The position numbers and the translations under genes were made by a program. A stretch of DNA of 64,000 nt, taken from Phoronis australis. Taxonomy: Eukaryota > Animalia > Phoronida. Position 1 is the stretch's first letter. Every line of letters starts with the position of its first letter. The notes below the pieces were generated by a model that had not been told where the DNA came from, searched no databases, and was given only the letters and a program-made list of their open reading frames with translations. The stretch covers positions 167,918-231,917 of the forward strand of contig NMRA01000570.1 of the NCBI GenBank assembly GCA_002633005.1. Direction: 5' to 3'. Of the stretch, positions 24,279 to 35,600 are shown in pieces.

Positions 24279-27200
24279 ATGTCTCAGAAAAAAGTGTTTG
24301 TTGTTGGCGTCGGCATGACCAAGATAGAGAAACCAGGGACGCGTAAATGGGATTATCCAGAGATTGGACACGAAGCAGGTATGAATATTTTGCAGCTCCG
24401 AGTGGTTGTTGTGCTGTTTACTGGCAACCTTTGCAGATAGGCTGAATCTTATCAGTATTGCACTTTGGCTAACAAAATTGGTGCCTTTGTTCATGAAAGT
24501 GATGCACCAACATTCCTGTATGGTTACCATCTCGACAAAGATGGTGAGGAAAGCTTCTCATGGGGGTTTGTTGGCAATGTTATATTTTTGATATCAGCTC
24601 CATGACAGATTTGAACCCACAGCCTCAGAAGTCTCAGTCCAACTCTGTGCTAGTAGAACTAAAAGCAAATGAGACTAGTAGCTGGTTATTTCACGCCAGT
24701 TTAATTGATAAGGTCACTGATGTTGATCGATTTTAATGGTGTAAAATGGTGAATTACATTGAATAAAAACAACAGAATTTGCTGTTTTATTGCTCGATTC
24801 ACTCACAGCTGATAACTTCTAGAAATCTTTCCCGTTTTACAACAAAATACATGTCTTGGTCCTAAAGCCGACTAAGTCCTTTAATTATCGCAAGCTACCT
24901 TTCTTTCTAGCACTCGCTGCATTACAAGATGCTGGTGTTCCATACGACACAGTTGAATCCGTTGTAGCCAGTTATTGCTATGGTGAACCTACTTGTGGAC
25001 AGACTGTGGCCTATCAGTTGGGACTGACGGGTGTTCCCGTGTTCAACGTAAACAACAACTGCTCATCAGGTTCCAGTGCTTTGATGCTGGCGCGAAAGCT
25101 TATCATAAGTGGACATGACTGTGTGTTGGCAGTGGGTATGTATGGACTCATAAAAGTTTGAATTGATAACATTTAAAACACCTATCAACAAGCCGTCCAT
25201 TATTGAGGAACAAGTTTTGATTTAGACCACTTGCTATTATGAAATAGGTTTCATATTGTAAAACTGGGGGTGACTACCGGGCTTCAAAAGAACGGTCAGT
25301 CTGTTAATTCTTCCAACCAAGCTCATAAATTTGAGGTCATACCCAGCGTTCGAAAGACATGGTTGCCCGGGGCCAGTGGATTTGTGGCCGGGCCAGTAAA
25401 CTTTCACAAAAAGGTCCCATGTGGATGTGGTCTCATATTCAATTAAGTAACTGGCCTGGCAGGCCAGCCCATTTATTTGCTGAAGCTCGAACGCTGGTCA
25501 TGTCACAACCTGAAATCATTCGGTTACCAACTAGTGGGCAAAAACGCCACACTCTATGAAGAGAAAGCACATACTAGATTCATGCACAAAAGCAATTATT
25601 GTGCGGTATTGGGCTTGTATTGGGGAATAAATAATAGTTTTGTGGTTGTCCCCACCTCAATATAATGCCTTGAAGAAATTTCTCTGAGTTGCTCAATCAC
25701 AAGCAACTTTCACAACACTAGCACAACAAGTTTTTCTAAACCATCTACGTTGAGCTTTTTCATACTAAATAAGTGCAAATCACTACATTTCAAGAGAAAA
25801 AATTACAAGAATGGTCTGGTAATTGCCAAAATTATTTTTATACTATTTAAAGGCTGATTTTAATCAACTTAAAAGTTACGCAACAATAGATTAAAATTTT
25901 CTAATTATATTTATTGAGGAATTTGACAAAATGTTACTTCCAACTCTCCATAGTGTGTGAAGTAATGAAGAAATGCTGTGTGTAAATTTAACTTTATGTA
26001 AATTAAATTCCTGCGCTTTCCTATATTTCAGGATTTGAAAAAATGGAGCGAGGACTGTCCGAAAGATATCCAGACAAAGTTTCACCAGTGAAGAAACACT
26101 TTGACCATTTGGAAGCTCTTGGTGCCGAGCCAGGTCTTGTGCGAGACAATCTTAATTCAATGACTTCCGAAGTTATCAAGCTATTTGCCTACGCTGCTCG
26201 TGAGTACATGGCTAAACACCCCAACACCAAATTCGAGGATTTTGTTAAAATTGCCTACAAGAACCACAAACATGGCTCGAACAATCCACGCGCCTGCTTC
26301 CAGAAGACCGTTCCCATGACGTCAATTGCCGAAAAGGGCATGCTGTGCTACCCAATCACATTCCTTATGTCCACGCCGACGGCTGATGGTGGAGCTGCAG
26401 CTGTGGTCTGCAGCGAAGACTTTGTGAATCAACACGGATTGCACGACCATGCAGTGGAGATCGTTGGTCAGAATATGGTCACTGATATGACATCGTCATT
26501 TGAATCCAGCGTCATGCCCCTTGCTGGATACGACATGGCTAAAAAAGCTGCGACTATGTGTTATGAGGAGTCTGGCCTTACTCCACAGAGTGTTGATGTA
26601 GCGGAAGTTCACGACTGTTTCTCCTGTAATGAACTGTTCATGTATGAAGCCCTAGGATTTGCCGAGGAAGGTGAAGCCTCGCTGTTGTTAAATGACGGGA
26701 GGTGGGTGAAGAACAAAAACGGTAGCGAGTTGTATCAGTTGGGAGGACGATGGGTGGTGAATCCATCCGGGGGTCTGGAATCCAAGGGTCACCCCATAGG
26801 GGCCACAGGTAAGACGTGATGTGACTAGGCAGTTTGTTTTGAAAATATTAATGAAGTCATTCAATGATGAATTGTGCAAAATAACTCTGATAACAAGTCT
26901 TGAGCACGCGATTTTCATCTTTATAAAAGCCTCGCATGAATTTTACCTCATGGCTTTTTTGGTTTCTACGTTCATGTCACATTTCACATGAATTCTATTA
27001 AGGAGAGTAACCATAAAAAACCTCCACAACATCAGATCTCAGAAATGGTTGAATGGATTTAAATTAAACTTGCAGATACTATGCTTTTGTATGAATTGTT
27101 CTCCAAAATGGTAGTAGGAATTGTTCTAATTTTGCATGAAGGGCTATCAAAAAATAGAACGTTTATTAAGATTTCTATGAAAATACTTCTAAGGTGTATA

Positions 27201-27823
27201 AAACAAAACGATAATTTAGAAAACTGCCTGTGGGCCTACTTACTTATACTATTTTGCTGCGAGTGTACTTTACACTTTTCCTAAATTTACATATACATAG
27301 AAATATACATAGAAATGAGTCTCTTTTGCCTTCGTCTTGATAGTACATAAAATATTACACGATCTTCGGCTAATTCAGACAAAACTCTGCAGTAGAAGAG
27401 TAGTTTCAGTTCATGCACTCGAACCTAGTCACAGGTGGCCTTCCTTTAATCTCGGGCCAGATGGGTACAACGGCAATAAGTATTACTGTGTATCTGCTAA
27501 GACATGTCCGTTCTTTAACTTCAGGTTTTACTGTGTATCTGCTAAGACGTGTCCGTTCTTTAACTTCAGGTTTTACTGTGTATCTGCTAAGACATGTCCG
27601 TTCTTTAACTTCAGGTTTTACTGTGTATCTGCTAAGACATGTCCGTTCTTTAACTTCAGGTTTAGGCCAATGTGCTGAATTAGTGTGGCAACTGCGAGGT
27701 GAGGCGGACAAACGACAGGTGGACGGAGCCCAGGTGGGCATCCAGCATAACTTTGGTATCGGAGGAGCATGCGTAGTGACCTTATACAGGAAGTGGAAAC
27801 CAGACAGGCAGTCAAAATTGTAA
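24279..27823 (+). CDS. Peroxisomal SCPx-type (SCP2-thiolase type 1 / DAF-22-like) 3-ketoacyl-CoA thiolase lacking the SCP2 domain, about 421 aa, PTS1 SKL
   Basis: Exons 24279-24378 ([15 protein letters not shown]), 24911-25135 ([10 protein letters not shown]), 26032-26808 (GFEKME...EVHDCFS...[17 protein letters not shown]) and 27660-27823 ([18 protein letters not shown]...QHNFGIGG...QSKL*). HDCF, GHP and QHNxG are SCP2-thiolase fingerprints. Confidence 0.92.
25344..25496. mobile_element. Small hAT-like MITE in thiolase intron 2
   Basis: TIRs CAGCGTTCGA / TCGAACGCTG; imperfect 8-bp TSD GTCATACC / GTCATGTC; repeated ggccag subterminal motifs. Confidence 0.65.
27483..27662 (+). repeat. 45-bp x 4 tandem repeat spanning the thiolase last splice acceptor
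   Basis: Unit TTACTGTGTATCTGCTAAGACATGTCCGTTCTTTAACTTCAGGTT; four copies with one A/G variant. Confidence 0.95.
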
Positions 27824-28588
27824 TGTACAAATTTACGAGAGGCATTCTATTCTTACTTACTTCATTACGAGCACTATACAAAGCTCCAGTTTCTTTACAC
27901 AAGCACTATTCTAAACTAAATCACTTGTTTGTTAAGTGTGTTGCATTATTGTTGAAGAAGTCCTGAGGAAATCGAGGTTCAGTCAACATTGTAAAGTTAT
28001 GTTCAAGTCCTTGTTACATTGTATGAGAAATGTTCAAGTGGTGTTCCGTAACACCAGCAGTGTACTATGTTAGGCTGTACCCAAGAAAACAGCATCAATT
28101 AATGTATTCATGTTGAAGTTCCTCACTCAAAGAATAGTTTTACAGAGACGTCAATGATTTTCATTAGTGTGAGGTTTGCATTTCATTTCAGTTGTAACTG
28201 TATGTGATTGTTTGAGTATTTCTCCTCACCAGTGGAATGTCCTCAACTAAATCTAATCACAAGTTAATATAAATCACTATTATTCCTCATATTTGACAAT
28301 ATCATAAACACGAACCGGACAGGCTCAATATAGGTACATAATTTAGTTGAATAAATGCTACATTAATATATTTGTACAAAATGTCAATGTAAGGAAAATA
28401 AATTAAGTCTTCTTCATTGTACACGATCACACGATCAAGACTTCTTCTTCCCAGCAGACAAAGTGAAAGTCCTGAAAAGAAATGTAAATCACATTATCAA
28501 AAAACAAACGAGTTGATCTCTTTATAAAAGGAACAGCGACCAGGATTGATTACAACCTACTAACACCTTCAAAAGCCCCTGTAATTAA

Positions 28589-28924
28589 CGAGACATTATT
28601 GACGATAAATGCAGTTTACTAAAATTAGCCCCGACGCGAAATGGAAGTCGCAAGTCCTACTGTTGGTCCAATGCTTAGCTGACTGAGCTAAATCCTACAA
28701 AAAATGGCAGAATATGTCAAGGATATTTATCTGGCAAAGTCACCGACCTTGACTACAGCGAATGTCCGACACACAACGGCCAGAATTGGCAATTTGTAAT
28801 AAAACTGTCAAAACAACAGATTCAGTTTATAGCCATGGTAAAAGCTAACAACTTCAAGAAGTTAATCCCATCCAACAGTAATTTCAAAAACAAGTTTTTT
28901 GGACATAAAGCTGATTATGTCCTG
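28589..28924. mobile_element. TTAA-flanked non-autonomous element with internal degenerate tRNA-like segment
   Basis: TTAA at 28585-28588 and 28925-28928, short imperfect TIRs, and homology to 59340-59691. Confidence 0.55.
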
Positions 28925-29684
28925 TTAAAACAAATCAATCTGAAATGGGGACACTGTACTTTTGAAATGAGAACACTACACGCAGTGTTCTTCCAGCATT
29001 AAAGAAGAGCGTGGGGGAACGAAGATCTCTATATATGCCAACATTGAGGGGGAGAGACCTCTCTGTTCTTGGTCAACTCTTATTGCAAACATTTAGGTCA
29101 TGGCAACATTCTGACATAGGGCACTATTCTACATCTCTGTTAATCCGTGACTTTCGGAACCAAGCCGAAAACGTCAAACTTCCCGTACGAGGGTTTATTT
29201 ACACTAACTTTGGAGGTGTGCTTTAAACAGGTCCACACGAACCACCATCCTCAAAGCTTTGTACAAAGATGATTTAATTCCACTGTCTTCATGAAGTAGT
29301 GGGTAAAAATCTTGATGATGGCCACAACCCCATGTAATGATTGAAATCGCCCTACAGGTTGGGTTTATTAGAGCAGATCATTACAGAATAAAAGTTTGAA
29401 ATAATTTCGCTCATTTTGGAAACGCTTCATATGTGATATGTGTATGTATTTTTACCAATAAAGGACTATGAATGACAAAATATGCTATTAGAATGTGAAA
29501 CCTGAAATACACTGACTCTGAGTCAAACACTTTAGATAGGCAAAACATGATGGAAACCGACTTCAAAATCGGTCGAGTTTTGTCCTTCAAATTTTTGTAA
29601 GTAGCCAGCATAACTAAATTCAGCACACCCTGTGCAATCTTCATGCAAGGATGACACTGAGAAGACAAATGAACAGTCTGTACC

Positions 29685-32600
29685 TTATAACTTGCTAATA
29701 GGGGGCGCCACCTCTCCTTGGTTGTCATGCACATTATACTCGACCCAGTCTAGGGCAATTGGAGCTGAGAGCATGGTGTCTGTTATAGCGAATGCGTCAC
29801 ACAGGTTGAGCGACTGTGGCGCCACCTGGCGGCATAGATCTGCAGCTGCTGCTGTCACCTGTCAACGAACAAAAGATCAAACATTAAAATATGCGAGATA
29901 CAGTACAAGACAAAAGTAATCAAACAAAATAAGATTTCCCGTCATGCTGGCTATTTCTGTTACCAACAAAAATGGCTGCTAATGACTATTTAGAAGACAA
30001 AATTCTGATTGCAGAATGGCTCAACCATATTACCATCTCTTGTGTTCATTTCCCTTCCCTATTGGTCATGAGGGAAGGTTACACTGACGAAGAATCTGGC
30101 TTCCGTCCAGCCGTCACGAGGGGAAATTCTGGGTCATTTTGTCATACTATTGGTGTGTGCTGTACAAAGCACGACCGGATGATAGATAACTGCATCTCGA
30201 CAACAAAATTTTGATAACACATTAATACTTTTTGCTGGAGCTTACAGAAAAGAACAAGAACGCCAATACTAGAGTTAACATTTGTTTGAGAAAATCATGC
30301 TAGGTTCGTGGTTCTCCTCTCATCCCATTGTATTAATAGCATATCCCAATTCAACAATCTTGTAGCTATGATACAGCAATACACAGTTTTGGAATTTGAT
30401 GCAACTCAATTCTTTTGAAATTTGATTATTCTCTATTCAATTTTTTGTTTGTCTATTGAACTGTTTTTTTTTTCTCAAAATATGATTCATTAACTTGCCA
30501 CTCCTACAAATTGTTTAATATAATAAGATCCCAAGTCTGTTTATTTGTTCAGTATCTCAATAATATTCTTCAAAAGATACAAATAGGTCATAAGTTTGTA
30601 AAACACCCAATGGGAATTTAAAGCACTTACTGATAGACGTATTAGTTGGTGATAGACGTTTCGGACTGTCACCAATTATTCGTATCTCAGTGAGAGACTA
30701 ACTTTTTCTATTTTCCCCCAACATCATAGTCAGACCACGAACATCATATTTCTTAAAAAGACAATTAATAGAAAAAAACTGGAATTATGAATCGAATCGA
30801 AATTGGGCTTGGCATATAGGTATTGAAATCGGACACTCCTGCATGGCGATTCAATTACAATTCAATTATTCGTTTTACCTTTAGTGTATACCTCACCTGA
30901 GCCCCTGTCTCCACTGACAACATGTTGTTGGTCACCAGCCAGCCCAGGTTCTGCTCAACTGTAGTCAGAAGGTAGAGGTGCCTCAACTTGGTCAAGATAT
31001 CTTGCAGTGACGGTTCAGCGCCTTCTATCGCCACGCCAAACTGGTGACTTATGAGCTGTTCTCCGTATGCCAATCCCGCCATTTGCACTAAATCGCTCTC
31101 ATTGTACATCCAGGCGTCAAAAAGACCCTCTCTCCCAGCCTCCATCATCTTCATCATCAACGTCATATACAGCATATTTTCCCTTTTCTGTAGTAGCGAA
31201 TGAAGGAATTTCAAGTCGTACAGGTTTTCTTCTAGACTATCGTCGATTTCGTGTGGGCTAAATGCGGTCATACGTTCTTTGGCAACCTTCTGCATCAAGA
31301 CGGAGTTGTCTCCCTCAGCTGTCATGGAAGCGTGCGATGAAGCAATAAGCTCTCCAAACCTGTTGCAGGACAGGTAGCCCTGGCCACCACACCTTTCCCG
31401 TCCAATGGCTCCTACCTGGCCAACGTTCCAGCCAGCAATGGCTTTGATGGCACAGCACATGGTTACAACCTAACAACAAAACAACTAGTGACTACTAGTA
31501 TTCACAATGTTAACCTTTAGGGCGAGGAGATAATTTCAAGTCTCCGCATGCTTCTATCAGGTTGTAAAAATCCCCAGGTGAAAAATGAAGAGCAAATTTA
31601 CAGTTGGCTGAAAAGAGTTGGTTTTATCTTAAATAACGCATAGCAGCACAATGATTAAAAAAATACTAAAACCCAGTATGTTATTTATAAAATAGCTGTC
31701 AAATTTCCGAGCACTATCAGTTTCCAACTCACTGCACAAATCATAGTTGACCATACTGTTAAATCATTTCACCTTTTTATCCTGTTTGAAACAGCTGCAA
31801 ACTACAGATTTTCATGCACAACAAATACAGTATGACAAAACCACCAAAATCTAAAATAATTTGTAAATTACGAAATTCAAACAGTTTTCAACTTTTCAGA
31901 ATAAAACTTCTAAGAGAACAAGAACTCTCATAACTCATGACTTGGACAAACATTAAAGGAGCATGCCACCCAAAAAACAACCTAATTTGTATCAATTTAG
32001 ATCGAGTAGTTTTACTCCATAACGACACGTACGGTTGCGTTACCTGACACCTGACGGCAGACGGAGGTGTTGAAATTATCCAATGACGTCATCGGTTTCA
32101 CACGCAGTCTGTTCAGCATTTCACAACACGGGTTACTGGTGTCAGCTTATCGCTTGAAGTCATCGTTTAACACCAATAAATCGTAAAACTTCGATGTAAA
32201 ACCCTTAAAAATACACCGAGTTCTTATAAAAACGTGTTGTTTTATTTCGCTCTTACGGATTTATTGATATTTGGACCCACCGTAGCCTACAAAGTTCGAA
32301 GGCCAATAAAGTCCGTAGCAGGAGTTTGGGGTGTGTTTGGAGATAATTTCGAAGTATTTTCCGTGAGATACAGACAGGAGAACCTAGATCTGTGTTGTTT
32401 AGATTTGTGATTTTTTGAGTTCTAAACACAAAACCCTTGTTATCCTGGCCAGTGGCTCGGAGCCCGATCAGGCCCGTCGCGACCAGCTGGATTGACTCGT
32501 TATCCCGGCCAGTGGCTCGGAAACTGATCAGACATCACGAACATAAACCAGCTAAAGCTCAGTGGAAACAACTTCCAGTCAAGAAAATACTATACTAGTG

Positions 32601-35600
32601 AGCCATAGTAATGTGCACGTGATTATGCTGGTGAGTTAGCCACGAAACTGCAAATCTATTTACTCGTCGGGGGCCACGAATTCAGGTTCCGCTTTCACCG
32701 ACAGCAGGCCGTCGAGGGCAGAAGTTGTACATTGACAATCATTCTTTGAGTAATGTAAATGTAAATAAAGATTCCCCTAACACCTGATCGTGGGATGGAA
32801 ATCGAGTTGTTTCACAACAGTTTCTGCCAGCAAACACTAAATTAGCATGAGCTCACACGGCCTCGGTGTCCCGTCAATTAGTTTTATTGCACCTAAAGCC
32901 GGTAACGCAGTGATTTATTCATTGCTGGCTTCTTAAATCATTAGCACTCACGAACACTCCAAAGGCATTACAAATTGCATCTAATGAGACAGACTTTGTT
33001 TCAGTTTTATACAAGTATTGGTTAGGGTGAGAATAATTCATTTTGAAACAGAACGCTCAGTAAAATGCCAACATGGCAACTCACAATCCCGACTTAGGAC
33101 GAGCTAGAGCTCGATCATCAGTCCCGACTTCGCAGGTGGATCGTTAAGTTTTACAGGCTATCAATTCGAACAGGAATACTAGAGAAGCGCCGTGAACAAG
33201 CTCAGACAACGGAACGTATGGAGTTATTTGGTAAGCCGGCATTCGTCAGGCACTGTCGACGTCTGCAGGCCACAGACCTGGAGATGTTACACGTCCTCAT
33301 ACTTGCTATTTACAGCGTACATTTCATTCATCACTACCATGAGCCACTTCCTAAGCATTTCGGACTCTCGAGGAAGTAAAAAAAAACGATGTACCCGGTT
33401 TCCTCGCAGCTGCTTAGTTCGGACAAACGGGAACGATGCACCGCAATAGCGGCATTCACTCTGCATATGAACCACTGACGTTGCTAGCATCGTTTCTCAC
33501 CTTCCTCACAGGTTAACGCGACACCTCTCGGCAAGGTGAGGTCGACCGTATAAGAGGCGATGTGGATATAGACCGATTAAGACGGTAAAAAAGACTAATT
33601 AAATCGGGTGGCATTCTCCTTTAAACACACACACACACACCATGACCTCTGAAATATTTTAATCGGCAAAAAGATTTTGTATTATATCTAGTTATTTCAG
33701 CATCAAGGAAAACTCAAAAATAAACAAAAAATGGAAAATGAGACACATCTTCACTAACAACCACATACTCAACATTGAAAAGTCAGAGATGCTATATTAC
33801 AGGGTATGACAAAAGTAATCAGACAAAATATCGCTTCCCCATCTTGACTGCTAATTTTGCTAACAGCAAAAAGTGACTTTTAGTGACGATTAAGGCTGCA
33901 AAATTCTAAATACAGAATGGCTTAGCCATCTTGCTGACTTTCCTGTTAAATCCCTTTCATTCTTGGTCATGAGTGAGGGTTACTATGACGATGAATTTGA
34001 CTTGGTTAAAGTTATTGAAAATGCCACCTACTAGATACGCTACAGCGGCTTATGACAAGTTGGATGATTTAGATCGGAATGGGAGAAATACTTGGGTATC
34101 TTCTGTTGGACAATTGCTATAATCAAAATACGGTTTTTATGAAATTTGGTTGAATCAAGGTGTCACATGTGAAATCTCGTTTTTAAGTATCTTCGCGTAA
34201 AGAGTTAATGACTGCTATGAGCAAGGTTGGCGATCAGAAATTGAGCATAATGCAAAACTCAAAGACTACTGTAACTTTAAGACTGACTGTTTTGAACCAT
34301 ATCTTAAGTTACCGCTACATAATAGTCTTATTCAAGCGTTTACTCGGTTATGTTGCTCCAACCATAGACTACAAGTAAAAGTGGGTAGAGACGAGAAAGT
34401 GGAATATTATGATAGATTATGTTTGATTTGCAATGATGGTTTCAAAGAGGATGAATACCACTTCCTGTTGATTTGCAAGGGATATTGTGAACTTAGGTCA
34501 CATCTTATGAAGGAGGTTCAACAGAAGCATCCAACTCAAGAATCCTGTATACGCCTGCTCGCTAATCCAGATATATCTGCTGTTAAATATGTGTATTCTG
34601 CCTTTAAAAGACGAGAACAGCTCTTAAATGGCTGACTGTGTGCAAATGTGCCTGATTAATTTTTTTTGTTTATTGTCCTTTGGGCCAGAGGCCTTTAACA
34701 AAAATAAACGTACTGCATTGTATTGAATTCCACTTCCGCCCAGCTGTCACGATGGGGAACTCTGGGTCATTTTGTCTGAATATTTTTGGCGTGTACTATA
34801 CCTCAGCATGCTCTGAACCATCTTCCTTCTGGAAAGCCCAGCGATCCTTCACGTAGTCGAGCCCAAAGTTGATGGCGTAGGTGGAGGCTAACAGAGGCAT
34901 TAGAGCGCGCTGCTGTAGCTGGTAGTTCAAAATGGAAGTATCGGATTTACCTGTAACACAAAAATTCCTTTCAACTATTGCACAGCAGGTTAATAAGCCA
35001 AAATCACAAACTTCAATTGAAACTGGAATAACTACAGGTTACGTGTACCTCAAACCAAAATGTTATCTTGTTATTGAAATATCAAAGCAACTAGTGACTG
35101 TCAACCCACAAAACATGTTTTTCTGAAACTAGGAGTCTAGACAAATCTATTCATGTCATTCGCACCATTGTGGTATTCTCGTGGTCAAGACATGATGTTC
35201 CAAAGTTCGGAGTCATGCTCAAACAGCAATCGCTGAAAAACGCAATTTTTTGTTCTTGATTTATGTTCCAAACTGTATTATACAATCATATAATTTATTA
35301 TACAATCACAACAGTTGCTATAATGTACTCAAGCTTCCTTCTTTAGATTAATTTCTCAAAAATAACACTAAATTTATCGAAGTGTAAAGAAGTAAATTTA
35401 GCTTATTTTAACATCAAAACTTGAAGTATATTGTCCAGTGCCGATCACACGGTTTACTGTAGGTGGAGCTAAATGTAGGTCAGCAGGTTGTCTTCGAGTG
35501 AGTTGGACATATGGTGTTCATCACACAATAATTTGCGTGAAACTGCACACAAATATTCAGCGGGAGTTGTGTGACAAAATATCAAAGCTTGCAGCAATTT

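Larger units (their letters stand above)
20628..24443. repeat. Near-identical tandem duplication (20628-22543 vs 22549-24443) joined by a single N; probable haplotype duplication including thiolase coding exon 1
   Basis: Colinear copies with SNPs and indels; N at 22544. Exon 1 occurs at both 22379-22478 and 24279-24378. Confidence 0.85.

Noticed and set aside
27483-27662. CRISPR-like array
   Set aside because: The units are head-to-tail with no unique spacers, the context is eukaryotic and there are no cas genes. It is a minisatellite.
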